The position numbers and the translations under genes were made by a program. Below are positions 19,023-29,755 of a stretch of 64,000 nucleotides of DNA, piece after piece (positions within the stretch are counted from its first letter, which is position 1; every line of letters begins with the position of its first letter). The stretch comes from an uncultured Chloroflexia bacterium. GTDB taxonomy: Bacteria; Chloroflexota; Limnocylindria; Limnocylindrales; CSP1-4. The notes beneath the pieces were generated by a model. That model ran no database searches. It saw only the letters and a list, made by a program, of their open reading frames with translations, and was not told the origin of the DNA. The DNA lies in assembly GCA_963713075.1 (NCBI GenBank), contig CAVQKO010000013.1, forward strand, positions 81,487 through 145,486, given 5' to 3'.

Positions 19023-19544
19023 CTACCGCGGCCCCCCGGCAGGGGTGGTGACGGCGGCCTTGTCGGCTTCGAGCACGGCGTTGATCTCGTCGGTCGCAGC
19101 AGCCGAGAGCGACGTCTTGATGACCTCGCCGCCGAAGGGCGCCAGCGCGGCCAGCGCCTTGTCCTCGGTCCACTTCTCGAGGAAGAGGACGAGCGCCGCG
19201 GTGCCGGGCTTGAGGACGTCCTGGGTCCGCTGGCGGAAGTCGTCCCTGATGCCCCAGCCGCGCATCGTTCCCAGGACGGCACCCCAGATGCCGCCGGCGA
19301 TGAGGCCGCCAATCGGGAAGAGGAAGAGGAGCCCGAACAGGAGGCCGAGGAAGCCGCCCATCAGCGCTCCAGAGCTCGTGGCCCCGGTCTTGGTCACCAT
19401 CTTGGTCTGGCCGTCGGCGTGCTTGACGACGACGGCGGCCCCGTGCACCTGCACGACCAGGTCGTGCTCGAGCTGGCCCACCACCGCGTAGGCCTTCTCC
19501 GCCGTGGCTTCGTCCGGATAGCCGATGACGACGAGATCTGCCAT
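19023..19544 (-). CDS. DUF1269-family membrane protein
   Basis: ATG at 19544 with GGAGA 7 nt upstream. 'MADLVVIGYPDEATAEKAYAVV...GALMGGFLGLLFGLLFLFPIGGLIAGGIWGAVLG'. Confidence 0.7.
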   Translation of the reverse strand: MADLVVIGYPDEATAEKAYAVVGQLEHDLVVQVHGAAVVVKHADGQTKMVTKTGATSSGALMGGFLGLLFGLLFLFPIGGLIAGGIWGAVLGTMRGWGIRDDFRQRTQDVLKPGTAALVLFLEKWTEDKALAALAPFGGEVIKTSLSAAATDEINAVLEADKAAVTTPAGGPR

Positions 19545-19745
19545 GGACTTGTTCTCCGTACTGGTCGTGCCTGTGGATGCGCGGCGCACGGCTGCGCGCT
19601 TCGCTGCACTGCGGGAGCGCTCCGCCGGCCCGGGCGGCTGGGCGAGTGCCGCGGCCGCCCTGCCTGGCCCCGGTCTGCGCCGGTGGCTGGCGAGATCGCA
19701 CACGCGACTCGCCTCCTCGTCCTTGAGTCTGTCGTCCCGCGCCTT

Positions 19746-19766
19746 GACGTCATGACGGCCCGTCAT
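19746..19766. repeat. palindromic motif copy b1 (GACGTCATGACGGcCCGTCAT)
   Basis: CCGTCATGACGG-type palindrome in the divergent DUF1269 / PRC-barrel intergenic region. Confidence 0.55.
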
Positions 19767-19825
19767 CCGTCGTCGGCCGCTCCCGGTGACGGTGCTGGCC
19801 CGGCCATCCGCGATCGGACCGCCGG

Positions 19826-19848
19826 CCGGATGACGCGTCGTCATGACC
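19826..19848. repeat. palindromic motif copy b2 (ccggATGACGcgtCGTCATGACC)
   Basis: Flanked by the direct 9-mer TCGGACCGC on both sides. It lies about 165 nt upstream of the PRC-barrel start. Confidence 0.55.
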
Positions 19849-20013
19849 GCGCGGAGGTCGGACCGCACAGTGGCGATCGGACCACGGACCGCCCCTGTCT
19901 CCGGATCGAGCCTGCCGTGCTCGACTTGGGCGGTGGGGCGGGACCCTCGGCGGGACGCCGAAACCCATCAGGTGGAGGATCGGCCGCTTCAAACGTGCTC
20001 GGGAGATCCGCAC

Positions 20014-20478
20014 ATGACCATCGAGAAGACCTCAATCCCCTCCGACCCGCCGGAGACGCTCCCCACGCTCAGCCGGCTCGGCGACAACGACAAGACGGTC
20101 TCGGGCGCCGACGAGGACATCCGGGGGCGGACCGTCAGGGACAAGGACGGCCACGAGCTCGGCAAGGTCGACGGCCTCCTGGTCGACGACGTCGAGCAGA
20201 GGGTCCGATTCATGGAGGTCGCGACGGGCGGCTTCCTGGGCCTCGGCGGGAGCAGGACCCTGATTCCGGTCGAGGCGATCACGCGGATCGAGGCCGAGGA
20301 GGTCCACATCAGTCACACCCGCGAGCACGTGGCCGGCGCGCCGCACTACGACCCGCAGCTGACCGTCGTTCAAGACGCGAGCTTCTGGTCGGGCCTGTAC
20401 CCCTACTACGGCTACGGGGTGGGGATGGCCCCGTGGATCACGAGCTGGCGGTCGAGACAGCACGGGCAGGGTCGCTGA
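20014..20478 (+). CDS. PRC-barrel domain protein
   Basis: ATG at 20014 with GGGAGA 8 nt upstream. 'GRTVRDKDGHELGKVDGLLVDDVEQRVRFMEV...LIPVEAI' is PRC-barrel-like. Confidence 0.7.
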   Translation: MTIEKTSIPSDPPETLPTLSRLGDNDKTVSGADEDIRGRTVRDKDGHELGKVDGLLVDDVEQRVRFMEVATGGFLGLGGSRTLIPVEAITRIEAEEVHISHTREHVAGAPHYDPQLTVVQDASFWSGLYPYYGYGVGMAPWITSWRSRQHGQGR

Positions 20479-20536
20479 TCACGCGATCGTGTCTGGGCCG
20501 CGTCGGGGAACAGGGATGCGCAGGAAGAGACAGAGC

Positions 20537-21556
20537 ATGCAGGTCGGACTCGTGGGCCTGGGCAGGATGGGCGCCAGCATGTCGCGGCGATGGCTCGGGG
20601 CGGGCCACACGGTCGTGGGCTACGCGCGCCACGCCGAGACGGTGGACGGGCTGGTCGCCGACGGGGCGATCTCTGCCGGCGCCAGCTCTCTCGAGGGCCT
20701 GGTCGGCCAGCTGACCGCGCCGAGGGTCGTGTGGCTGATGGTGCCGGCTGCGGCCGTCGATGCCACGCTCGCCGACCTGGCGCCGCTCCTGGCGCGGGGC
20801 GACGTCGTCGTGGACGGCGGCAACTCCCACTACGTCGACGACATCCGGCGGTCCGGCGAGCTGGCGACACTGGGGATCAGCTACCTCGACTGCGGAACGA
20901 GCGGCGGCGTCGCGGGCCTCGAGCGCGGGTACTGCCTCATGATCGGCGGCGCGGCGGAGGCGGTGGAGCGCCTCGACCCGGTCTTCCGGGCCCTCGCGCC
21001 CGGCGTGGACGCGGCGCCCCGGACGCCCGGCCGGACCGGCGACCCCGACCCGGCCGAGGACGGCTACCTCCACTGCGGCCCGAGCGGTGCCGGGCACTTC
21101 GTGAAGATGGTCCACAACGGCATCGAGTACGGGCTGATGGCCGCCTACGCCGAGGGCCTCAACATCCTCGCGCACGCCGACGCGGGCCTCCACGAGCGCG
21201 AGGTCAGCGCCGAGGTCACGCCGCTGCGCGACCCGACGCTCTACCAGTACCAGCTGGACATCCCGGCCGTGGCCGAGGTGTGGCGCCGGGGCAGCGTGGT
21301 CGCCTCGTGGCTGCTCGACCTCGCCGCCCAGTCCCTACGGCATAGCAGCGACCTCTCGGACTTCGCGGGCCGCGTCTCGGACTCCGGCGAGGGACGCTGG
21401 ACGAGTATCGCCGCCATCGACGTCGGTGCCCCGGCGCCCGTCCTGACAACGGCGCTCTACGAGCGGTTCTCGTCGAGAGGAGAGGCGGACTTCGCGGACC
21501 GGGTGCTCTCAGCGATGCGCCTCGGCTTCGGCGGCCACGAGGAAGGAAAGGGCTGA
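20537..21556 (+). CDS. 6-phosphogluconate dehydrogenase (decarboxylating), short GndA/YqeC-like form
   Basis: ATG at 20537 with GGAAGAGA upstream. 'MQVGLVGLGRMGASM' dinucleotide-binding fold. 'HFVKMVHNGIEYGLMAAYAEGLNIL' is the 6PGDH C-terminal domain signature. Confidence 0.8.
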   Translation: MQVGLVGLGRMGASMSRRWLGAGHTVVGYARHAETVDGLVADGAISAGASSLEGLVGQLTAPRVVWLMVPAAAVDATLADLAPLLARGDVVVDGGNSHYVDDIRRSGELATLGISYLDCGTSGGVAGLERGYCLMIGGAAEAVERLDPVFRALAPGVDAAPRTPGRTGDPDPAEDGYLHCGPSGAGHFVKMVHNGIEYGLMAAYAEGLNILAHADAGLHEREVSAEVTPLRDPTLYQYQLDIPAVAEVWRRGSVVASWLLDLAAQSLRHSSDLSDFAGRVSDSGEGRWTSIAAIDVGAPAPVLTTALYERFSSRGEADFADRVLSAMRLGFGGHEEGKG

Positions 21557-21615
21557 GGGCGCATGGGCGCGCGTGTGGTCCAGTTCGACGATCACTGGCC
21601 CGGTCCGGTGGCCGC

Positions 21616-24063
21616 ATGAGCGAATCCGACGGCCCGGCTGCGCCCGGCGGGCCCGGCATCCCGCCGACCTGGTCGAGCAGCGACAAGGACGCTGTCGGGA
21701 CGTCGCACTACTCCAGCCGCGTCTGGTTCACGGTCGGGCGAGGCGTCCTCAACGAGGTCTACTGGCCGCACGTCGACCGGCCGCAGGTCCGCGACCTGGG
21801 GTTCATCGTGGCCGACGATGCGGGCTTCTGGAGCGAGGTCAAGCGCGACGCGACACACGAGGTCCGCCACGAGGCCCGGGGTGTGCCCGCGATCACGGCG
21901 GTCCACGCCCACGCCCGCTACCAGCTCACCCTCCGCATCTGCGCGGACGACCACGCCGACGTCGTCCGCATCGAGGCGCGGCTCGAGGATCTCCGGGACC
22001 CGGCCGACCCTGGGCGGACGGCCCACCCGCTGCGGCTCTACCCGCTCCTAGCACCACACCTCGGGTTCACCGGCCTCCACGGCCGCGCATGGGTCGACAC
22101 GCACAAGGGCCGCCCGATGCTGTTCGCCCAGGACGGTCCGTGGGCCCTCGCGCTCGCATCCGACCCTGTCCCGGCTCGCCAGTCCGTCGGCTACGTGGGC
22201 GTTTCGGACGGGTGGCAGGACTTCGCGGCGAACGGCCGCATGACCTGGACGTATTCACGCGCCGGCGCCGGCAACGTGGCGGGCATGACCGAGCTCGCGC
22301 TCGACGGTGGCGCGGCCCAGGTCGCCCTCGCGTTCGCGGCCCGGCCCGAGGAGGCCGGCCTCGAGGCGTCGGCCGCGCTCGCTGGCCCCTTCGAGAGCGC
22401 TTGGCAGGAGTACCTCGGCAACTGGCAGGGATTCGTCCGGACCGTGGTCGATCCGCCCGCAGCCCTGGCGGCGGAGGCGCGCGACCTGTACCTGACCTCG
22501 GCGACCGTGCTGCGGTCGCACCAGGACCGGACCCTGCCCGGCGCGACCGTGGCCAGCCTGTCCATTCCCTGGGGCAACACGCGCAACGACCTCGGCGGCT
22601 ACCACCTGGTCTGGTCACGCGACCTCGTGGAGTCGGCGGGCGCGTTTGTCGCGCTGGGTGCAGCGGCCACGGCCCGACGCACGCTGGCCTACCTCGTCGC
22701 GTCGCAGGAGCCGGACGGCCACTGGCCCCAGAACCAGTGGGTGGACGGGGTGCCCTACTGGACCGGCCTCCAGCTCGACGAGGCCGCCTACCCGCTCCTG
22801 CTCGCGGGGGCGGTCCGCACGGGCGCCGGGCACATGCACGGCAAGACCGGCCCGCACGAGGAGGCATTCCAGAACCTGGTCAGCCAGGCCGCGCTCGACC
22901 GCATGATCGCCCAGGCCGCCGGGTTCATCGCGAGGACCGGACCGGCCACGAGCCAGGACCGCTGGGAGGAGACCGCGGGGCTTACGCCGTCGACCCTCGC
23001 GCCCGTGATCGCCGCCCTGGTGGTGGCTGCCGGACACCTCCCCGAGCCCTCCGCCTCCTACTGCCTGGAGCTTGCGGACGACTGGAACGCCTCGATCGAG
23101 GACTGGACCTATGCCCGCGACACGCGGCTTGCGCGCGAGCAGGGCGTCGACGGCCACTACGTCCGGATCGCCTCGCCAGAGGTGCTCGCGGGGGCTCCGC
23201 TCTCCACGCCGGTCTCGCTCCGCAATCAGCCTCCGGGCGCGGGGACGGTGCCCGGCGACGAGATGGTCGGGACCGACTTCCTCGCCCTCGTGCGGTTCGG
23301 GCTGCGACTCCCGGACGACCCGCGGATCGTGTCGAGCCTCGCGGTCGCGGATGCCCTCCTCCGCACGGAGACGCCGAGCGGGCCGGTCTGGCACCGCTAC
23401 AACGGCGACGGCTACGGCGAGCACGAGGACGGAAGCGCCTACGACGGGACTGGCATCGGACGCGGCTGGCCGCTGCTCGTGGGCGAGCGCGGCCACTACG
23501 AGCTCGACGCCGGGCGGGACCCGGGGCCGTGCCTCGCGGCGATGCAGCGCATGGCGTCGGGCGGGGGGATGCTGCCGGAGCAGGTCTGGGACGCGGACCC
23601 GATCCCCGAGCGCCACCTCGCGCCCGGCCGGCCGGCCGGCTCGGCGATGCCGCTCGCCTGGGCGCACGCGGAATACGTGAAGCTCGTGCGGTCGATCGCC
23701 CTGGGCCATTCGATCGACCGCCCGGAGGCGGCCTGGCGGCGCTACCGGGGCGTCGCCCCGAAGGCCACGCGGGCGACATGGCGGTTCACGGCGCCGCGGC
23801 CCTCGATGCAGGCGGCGCGAACGCTGCGCCTGGAGCTGATGGCTCCTGCTCGTGTCCGGTTCTCGACTGACGGGTGGCGGGCCTGGACAGATCTCGAAGC
23901 GCGGGACACGGGACTCGGCGTGTGGCTGGTCGACGTGCCCGGCTCGGACCGACTGACGCCCGGCGGGGCCGTGGACTTCACGATCTGGTGGCCGGAGGCC
24001 GGCCGATGGGAGGGCCGCGACCTTCGCGTTGAGGTCGTCGCGCCGAGCGGGGATGCCCCGTGA
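21616..24063 (+). CDS. glycoside hydrolase family 15 (glucoamylase / glucodextranase-like) with N-terminal beta-sandwich domain
   Basis: 815 aa. The '(alpha/alpha)6' core 'LVWSRDLVESAGAF...YHRYNGDGYGEHEDGS...GRGWPLLVGERGHYEL' is bacterial GH15. Confidence 0.85.
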   Translation: MSESDGPAAPGGPGIPPTWSSSDKDAVGTSHYSSRVWFTVGRGVLNEVYWPHVDRPQVRDLGFIVADDAGFWSEVKRDATHEVRHEARGVPAITAVHAHARYQLTLRICADDHADVVRIEARLEDLRDPADPGRTAHPLRLYPLLAPHLGFTGLHGRAWVDTHKGRPMLFAQDGPWALALASDPVPARQSVGYVGVSDGWQDFAANGRMTWTYSRAGAGNVAGMTELALDGGAAQVALAFAARPEEAGLEASAALAGPFESAWQEYLGNWQGFVRTVVDPPAALAAEARDLYLTSATVLRSHQDRTLPGATVASLSIPWGNTRNDLGGYHLVWSRDLVESAGAFVALGAAATARRTLAYLVASQEPDGHWPQNQWVDGVPYWTGLQLDEAAYPLLLAGAVRTGAGHMHGKTGPHEEAFQNLVSQAALDRMIAQAAGFIARTGPATSQDRWEETAGLTPSTLAPVIAALVVAAGHLPEPSASYCLELADDWNASIEDWTYARDTRLAREQGVDGHYVRIASPEVLAGAPLSTPVSLRNQPPGAGTVPGDEMVGTDFLALVRFGLRLPDDPRIVSSLAVADALLRTETPSGPVWHRYNGDGYGEHEDGSAYDGTGIGRGWPLLVGERGHYELDAGRDPGPCLAAMQRMASGGGMLPEQVWDADPIPERHLAPGRPAGSAMPLAWAHAEYVKLVRSIALGHSIDRPEAAWRRYRGVAPKATRATWRFTAPRPSMQAARTLRLELMAPARVRFSTDGWRAWTDLEARDTGLGVWLVDVPGSDRLTPGGAVDFTIWWPEAGRWEGRDLRVEVVAPSGDAP

Positions 24064-24124
24064 TGCGTGGCGCAGCCGGCACGGGACCTTGCGCGGAGCG
24101 TGGCCGCGCTGGACTCGGCGTCTG

Positions 24125-25357
24125 ATGGGGGAATCGGCTGTGCGCTCCGCTGGATCCCGCATCCTCGCGGTCAATGGCGGCTCGTCGAGCATCAAGTTCG
24201 CGCTGTTCGACGCGGGCGACGGGCTCCGGCGAATCCTCGAGGGCGGGATCGAGGGGATTGGGCTGCCGGTAACCACCATGCGCGTGACGAGCGAGGACCC
24301 GGGCAACACCTTCGAACGTTCGGTGACGGCGTCGGGCCACACGGCGGCGGTGGGCGTCCTGATGGACTGGATCGAGGAGCGCGACTGGCGTTCCCGGCTG
24401 AGCGCGGTGGGGCACCGCGTCGTCCACGGGGGACCGAAGTACAGCGGGCCGCAGCGGATCACCGCGGCCATGGTCGAGGACCTGCACCAGCTCAGTCCGT
24501 TCGATCCGGACCACCTTCCGGAGGAGATCCTGCTGACCGAGGCGTTCCATCGCCGGTTCCCCGATGTGCCCCAGGTGGCGTGCTTCGACACGGCATTCCA
24601 CCACGACATGCCCCGCGTGGCGCAGCTGCTGCCGATCCCGCGCCGGTTCGAGGCGCAGGGAGTGCGGCGGTACGGCTTCCACGGCCTGTCGTACGCGTTC
24701 CTCGTGGAGGAGCTGACCCGCCTGGCCGGGACGGAGGCGGGCGACGGCCGGGTCATCCTCGCCCACCTCGGCAGTGGCGCGAGCCTGGCGGCCGTGCACC
24801 ACGGGAGGTCCGTGGACACCAGCATGGGCCTCACCCCGACGGCCGGCGTGCCGATGGGCACACGCTCCGGCGATCTCGATCCCGGACTGGCCTGGTACCT
24901 GGCGCGCGCCGACGGGATCGACGCAAAGCAGTTCAACGAGATGGTCAACAGCGAGTCCGGTCTGCTCGGCGTGTCGGAGACCAGCTCGGACATGCGCGAC
25001 CTGCTCCACCGCGAGGCGCACGACGTCCGCGCGGCCGAAGCGGTGGCGCTCTTCTGCTACCAGGTCAAGAAGTGGATCGGCGCATTCGCCGCCGCCCTCG
25101 GCGGCCTCGACGCGCTCGTGTTCGCGGGCGGCATCGGGGAGAACGCGCCCACGGTCCGCGCCCGGATCTGCGACGGGCTGGGCTTCCTGGGCGTTGTCCT
25201 CGCCGACCAGCCCAACGCCGCCAGCGAGAGCGTGATTTCCGCAGGGGCGAGCCGGGTCGCGGTCCGGGTCATCCACACGGACGAGGAACGGATGATCGCC
25301 AAGCTGGTCTGCGACGTCCTCGGTTTCGGCCCAGCGAAGGAGCGAGTGGACCAATGA
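24125..25357 (+). CDS. ackA: acetate kinase
   Basis: '[16 protein letters not shown]', 'VGHRVVHGG' and '[11 protein letters not shown]' motifs. The start is ATG 24125, or GTG 24140 with GGGGGA 7 nt upstream. Confidence 0.85.
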   Translation: MGESAVRSAGSRILAVNGGSSSIKFALFDAGDGLRRILEGGIEGIGLPVTTMRVTSEDPGNTFERSVTASGHTAAVGVLMDWIEERDWRSRLSAVGHRVVHGGPKYSGPQRITAAMVEDLHQLSPFDPDHLPEEILLTEAFHRRFPDVPQVACFDTAFHHDMPRVAQLLPIPRRFEAQGVRRYGFHGLSYAFLVEELTRLAGTEAGDGRVILAHLGSGASLAAVHHGRSVDTSMGLTPTAGVPMGTRSGDLDPGLAWYLARADGIDAKQFNEMVNSESGLLGVSETSSDMRDLLHREAHDVRAAEAVALFCYQVKKWIGAFAAALGGLDALVFAGGIGENAPTVRARICDGLGFLGVVLADQPNAASESVISAGASRVAVRVIHTDEERMIAKLVCDVLGFGPAKERVDQ

Positions 25358-27723
25358 CGAGTCAGCCGATCTCCCCGGACGTGCTCGCGAGGATGGATGC
25401 GTACTGGCGCGCGGCCAACTACCTCTCGGTCGGCCAGATCTACCTCTACGACAATCCGCTCCTGAGGGAGCCGCTCAGGCTCTCGCACGTGAAGCCACTG
25501 GTGGTCGGGCACTGGGGCACGACCCCCGGCCAGAACTTCATCTACGTGCACCTCAACCGTGTCATCAAGAAGTACGACCTCGACATGTTCTATGTCGCGG
25601 GTCCCGGGCACGGTGGGCCGGCGATCGTCGGCAACGTGTACCTCGAGGGCACCTGGAGCGAGGTCTACCCGAGCATCACCCAGGACGAGGCCGGCCTGCG
25701 GAAGCTGTTCACGCAGTTCTCGTTCCCCGGCGGCATCTCCAGCCACGTCGCGCCGACAACACCCGGGTCCATCCACGAGGGCGGCGAGCTCGGGTACTCG
25801 CTCAGCCACGCCTTCGGCGCCGCATTCGACAACCCGGGGCTCGTCGTCGCCTGCGTGATCGGCGACGGGGAGGCCGAGACCGGGCCGCTCGCGACCGCCT
25901 GGCAGTCCACCAAGTTCCTGAGCCCGATCTCCGACGGCGCGGTGCTCCCGATCCTCCACCTCAACGGCTACAAGATCAGCAACCCGACCGTCCTCGCCCG
26001 GATCGAGCACGAGGAGCTTGAGCAGTTCCTCCGCGGCTGCGGCTGGATGCCGTACTTCGTCGAGGGCGATGACCCCGACGCGATGCACGAGCTGATGGCG
26101 AGCACGCTCGACGACGCGATCGAGGAGATCGGGCGCATCCAGGCCCACGCCCGGACCACCAACAATTCGACCCGCCCACGCTGGCCGATGATCGTCCTGC
26201 GCTCGCCCAAGGGCTGGACGGGTCCCAAGGTGGTTGACGGCCTGCAGATTGAGGGCACCTTCCGTGCGCACCAGGTGCCGCTCCTGGTCGATGCCGCGCA
26301 TCCCGGGCACGTGGAGCAGCTCGAGGCGTGGCTGAAGAGCTACCGGCCCGAGGAGCTGTTCGACTCGGACGGTCGGCTCAAGCCGGAGCTCGCCGAGCTC
26401 GCGCCGATCGGCGACCGGCGGATGGGCGCCAACCCCCACGCCAACGGCGGCGCGCTGCTCCGCGACCTGCGCATGCCGGACTTCGGGGACCACGCCGTGG
26501 CCGTGCCCGCCCCGGGTGCCGTCGCGGCCCAGGACACGCTCGTCCTCGGCGGCTTCCTGCGCGATGTGGCCCAGCTGAACCTCGAGCAGCGCAACTTCCG
26601 CGTGTTCGGTCCCGATGAGACGGTGTCGAACCTCCTGCAGGCGGTCTTCGAGGTCACCAACCGCCAGTGGGAGCTCCCGGTCGAGACGAGCGACGAGTTT
26701 CTCGCTGCCGAGGGGCAGGTGCACGACTCCATGCTCAGCGAGCACCAGTGCGAGGGCTGGCTGGAGGGGTATCTCCTGACCGGCCGGCACGGCCTCTTCA
26801 ACTGCTACGAGGCGTTCGTCCGCATCGTCGACTCCATGTTCAGCCAGCACGCCAAGTGGCTCAAAGTCTGCGCCGAGCTGCCCTGGCGCCGCGACATCTC
26901 GTCGTTGAACTACGTCCTCGCATCCCATGTCTGGCAGCAGGACCACAACGGGTTCACGCACCAGGACCCGGGCTTCCTCGACCACGTGGTGAACAAGAAG
27001 GCGAGCATCGTCCGCGTCTACCTGCCGCCGGATGCGAACTGCCTGCTGTCGGTGATGGACCACTGTCTGCGAAGCCGCAACTACGTCAACGTCGTCGTGG
27101 CCGGCAAGCACGCCCTGCCCCAGTGGCTCTCGATGGACGAGGCCGTGATCCACTGCACCGAGGGGATCGGCATCTGGCCGTGGGCCAGCAACGACCAGGA
27201 TGGCGGGCCGGACGTCGTCATGGCCTGCTGCGGCGACACGCCCACCCTCGAGGTCCTGGCCGCGGTGTCGATCCTGCATGAGCACCTGCCCGACCTGAAG
27301 GTCCGCGTCGTCAACGTCGTCGACCTGATGAAGCTGCAGTCGAGCACCGAGCACCCGCACGGGTTGAGCGACCTGGACTACGACGCCCTCTTCACGCGGG
27401 ACAAGCACATCATCTTCGCCTTCCACGGCTACCCCTGGCTGATCCACCGCCTCACCTATCGCCGGACGAACCGCAACCTGCACGTCCGCGGGTACATCGA
27501 GGAGGGCACGATCACCACGGCCTTCGACGTGCGCGTGCAGAACAAGCTCGACCGGTTCCACCTCGTCACCGACGTCGTGGACCGGCTGCCCGGCTTGGGC
27601 GCCCGGGGCGACTACCTCAAGCAGCTCATGGCGGACAAGCTCGTCGAGCACAAGGTGTACATCAACACGCACGGGGAGGACCTCCCGGAGGTCCGGAACT
27701 GGACCTGGGGCGACCCCTCGTGA
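25354..27723 (+). CDS. xfp: xylulose-5-phosphate/fructose-6-phosphate phosphoketolase
   Basis: ATGA overlap with ackA. The 789-aa product has '[20 protein letters not shown]', '[20 protein letters not shown]' and '[10 protein letters not shown]', which are hallmark XFP blocks. Confidence 0.95.
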   Translation: MTSQPISPDVLARMDAYWRAANYLSVGQIYLYDNPLLREPLRLSHVKPLVVGHWGTTPGQNFIYVHLNRVIKKYDLDMFYVAGPGHGGPAIVGNVYLEGTWSEVYPSITQDEAGLRKLFTQFSFPGGISSHVAPTTPGSIHEGGELGYSLSHAFGAAFDNPGLVVACVIGDGEAETGPLATAWQSTKFLSPISDGAVLPILHLNGYKISNPTVLARIEHEELEQFLRGCGWMPYFVEGDDPDAMHELMASTLDDAIEEIGRIQAHARTTNNSTRPRWPMIVLRSPKGWTGPKVVDGLQIEGTFRAHQVPLLVDAAHPGHVEQLEAWLKSYRPEELFDSDGRLKPELAELAPIGDRRMGANPHANGGALLRDLRMPDFGDHAVAVPAPGAVAAQDTLVLGGFLRDVAQLNLEQRNFRVFGPDETVSNLLQAVFEVTNRQWELPVETSDEFLAAEGQVHDSMLSEHQCEGWLEGYLLTGRHGLFNCYEAFVRIVDSMFSQHAKWLKVCAELPWRRDISSLNYVLASHVWQQDHNGFTHQDPGFLDHVVNKKASIVRVYLPPDANCLLSVMDHCLRSRNYVNVVVAGKHALPQWLSMDEAVIHCTEGIGIWPWASNDQDGGPDVVMACCGDTPTLEVLAAVSILHEHLPDLKVRVVNVVDLMKLQSSTEHPHGLSDLDYDALFTRDKHIIFAFHGYPWLIHRLTYRRTNRNLHVRGYIEEGTITTAFDVRVQNKLDRFHLVTDVVDRLPGLGARGDYLKQLMADKLVEHKVYINTHGEDLPEVRNWTWGDPS

Positions 27724-28742
27724 AGGCCGATGTGCTCGCCGAGACGGCGAAGGCCCTTGTCAACGACCACAAGGGCCTGCTGGCGATCGACGAGAGCAAT
27801 CCGACCTGCAACACACGCTTCGCGGCTGCCGGGATCCCGCAGACCGAGGCGGCCAGGCGCGCGTATCGCGAACTGATCGTGACCACGCCGGGTCTGAGCG
27901 AGTCCATCAGCGGTCTGATCCTCTACGACGAGACGATCCGCCAGCGGGCCACGGACGGCACGCCCCTGGTCAAGGTCGTCATCGACGCGGGGCTCATCCC
28001 CGGCATCAAGGTCGACACCGGCGCCAAGCCGCTGGCGGGTCATCCCGGCGAGCGCATCACCGAGGGCCTCGACGGGCTGCGCGAGCGACTCGTCGACTAC
28101 GCCCGGCTGGGCGCCCGGTTCGCCAAGTGGCGTGCCGTGATCGCCATCGGCGTCGGGATGCCGAGCCTGGCCTGCATCGAGGCGAACGCCCATGCGCTGG
28201 CTCGCTACGGCGCGATGTGTCAGGAGGCTGGCCTCGTCCCCGTCATCGAGCCCGACGTGCTCATGGCGGGCGAACACAGCCTCGAGCGGTGCGCCGAAGT
28301 GACCGAGGACGTCCTGCGGGCGGTGTTCATCGGGCTGCACGCACAGGGCGTGGCGCTCGAGGGCATGATCCTCAAGCCCAGCATGGTGCTGCCGGGTCTC
28401 GCCGCGGCCACGCAGCGCCCGGTCGACGAGGTCGCCGACGCGACCGTGACCTGCCTCCTGCGAGCCGTCCCGGCTGCCGTTCCGGGCGTCGCCTTCCTGT
28501 CCGGCGGGCAACCGGCCGAGCTTGCCACGGCACGGCTGAACGCGATGAACACGCGGCACCGGGCCCGCCTGCCCTGGGCGCTGGCGTTCTCGTTCGCCCG
28601 GGCCATCCAGCAGCCGGCCCTCGAGATCTGGCGCGGCGACGAAGCCAACGTGTCGGCGGCCCAGCGCGCCCTCGCGCATCGAGCCCGGTGCAACAGCGCC
28701 GCGCGCCGCGGCGAGTACACAGCCGCGATGGAGAGTGCATGA
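27720..28742 (+). CDS. class I fructose-bisphosphate aldolase
   Basis: GTGA overlap with xfp. '[15 protein letters not shown]', 'ILYDETIRQ' and '[11 protein letters not shown]' (Schiff-base Lys region) are class I FBA signatures. Confidence 0.85.
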   Translation: MKADVLAETAKALVNDHKGLLAIDESNPTCNTRFAAAGIPQTEAARRAYRELIVTTPGLSESISGLILYDETIRQRATDGTPLVKVVIDAGLIPGIKVDTGAKPLAGHPGERITEGLDGLRERLVDYARLGARFAKWRAVIAIGVGMPSLACIEANAHALARYGAMCQEAGLVPVIEPDVLMAGEHSLERCAEVTEDVLRAVFIGLHAQGVALEGMILKPSMVLPGLAAATQRPVDEVADATVTCLLRAVPAAVPGVAFLSGGQPAELATARLNAMNTRHRARLPWALAFSFARAIQQPALEIWRGDEANVSAAQRALAHRARCNSAARRGEYTAAMESA

Positions 28743-29755
28743 GCATCCCCACACGGGCCGATGCCGCAGCCCGGGAGCCCCTCTACCCCCTGCGCTTCGA
28801 GCCGATCTACGAGTACCGACTGTGGGGTGGCCGGCGGCTCGCTGACCTGCTCACGGCACCGCTCCCGGGCGACGGCCCGATCGGAGAGGCGTGGGTCCTG
28901 AGCGACCGCGACGACCACGCGAGCCGGGTCGCCAACGGGCCGCTCAAGGGGAGAACCCTCCGCGAGGTGCTGACGGCGTGGCCCGAGCCGATGCTGGGGA
29001 CGCTCGCCGGCCGGTTCTGCCGCTTCCCGCTCCTGCTCAAGTTCCTCGACGCCCGCGAGCTCCTCTCGGTCCAGGTCCACCCCGCAGATACGCAGGCGGA
29101 CGTGCTGCCAGCCGGGGAGACCGGCAAGACCGAGGCATGGGTCGTCCTCGAGGCGGCCCCGGAGAGTCGGATCTATGCGGGCCTCAAGCCCGGCACGACC
29201 GCCGACGACCTGCGACAGGCGGCCGCGAGCGGGGCCGTCGCGGACCGCCTCGCCTCCTTCGCCCCGAGGCCCGGCGATGCCGTCTTCCTGCAGGCCGGCA
29301 CCGTTCACACGCTGGGCGGCGTCGTGGTGTTCGAGGTCCAGCAGAACAGCGACGTCACGTTCCGCCTGTACGACTGGGACCACGTGGATCCGACGACCGG
29401 GCAGCCCCGTCCCCTCCAGGTCGATCGGGCACTGCGCTCTGTCGACTTCTCCCAGCATGCGCTCGGCCCGGTGGCACCGGTGGTGGAGGCGACGACACCG
29501 GTCGAGCGCATGCGCCTCTTCGATTGCGAGCAGTTCAAGGTCTGGCGCCTGCGCGGCGGCTCACCGTTCAGCGTCGGCGAGCCGGGCCTGCCGCGTGCGC
29601 TCGTCTGCCTCGAGGGATCAGGGAATCTGGGGCATTCCGGCGTGATGCACCCGGTGGGCCGCGGCGACGTCTGGCTCCTGCCGGCAGTGGTCGGGGCCTG
29701 CGAGTTGCTGCCCGACGGGAACGTGACGGTGCTCGAAGTGGGGCTCCCCGAATGA
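28739..29755 (+). CDS. manA: mannose-6-phosphate isomerase, class I (cupin)
   Basis: ATGA overlap with the upstream gene. 'GEAWVLSDRDDHASRV', 'LLLKFLDARELLSVQVHP', 'KTEAWVVLEA', 'GTVHTLGGVVVFEVQQNSDVTFRLYDWD'. Confidence 0.8.
   Translation: MSIPTRADAAAREPLYPLRFEPIYEYRLWGGRRLADLLTAPLPGDGPIGEAWVLSDRDDHASRVANGPLKGRTLREVLTAWPEPMLGTLAGRFCRFPLLLKFLDARELLSVQVHPADTQADVLPAGETGKTEAWVVLEAAPESRIYAGLKPGTTADDLRQAAASGAVADRLASFAPRPGDAVFLQAGTVHTLGGVVVFEVQQNSDVTFRLYDWDHVDPTTGQPRPLQVDRALRSVDFSQHALGPVAPVVEATTPVERMRLFDCEQFKVWRLRGGSPFSVGEPGLPRALVCLEGSGNLGHSGVMHPVGRGDVWLLPAVVGACELLPDGNVTVLEVGLPE

Noticed and set aside
17265-20714. 1149-aa plus-strand ORF spanning the copper ATPase, DUF1269 and PRC-barrel loci
   Set aside because: Extremely Arg/Gly/Pro/Asp-rich and repetitive. 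It lies antisense to, or out of frame with, genes that have clear family signatures, so it is a GC-content artefact.
22615-27672. Long minus-strand ORFs (792 aa and 871 aa) antisense to GH15, ackA and xfp
   Set aside because: Arg/Pro-rich with no domain signatures. The sense-strand genes have unambiguous catalytic motifs.
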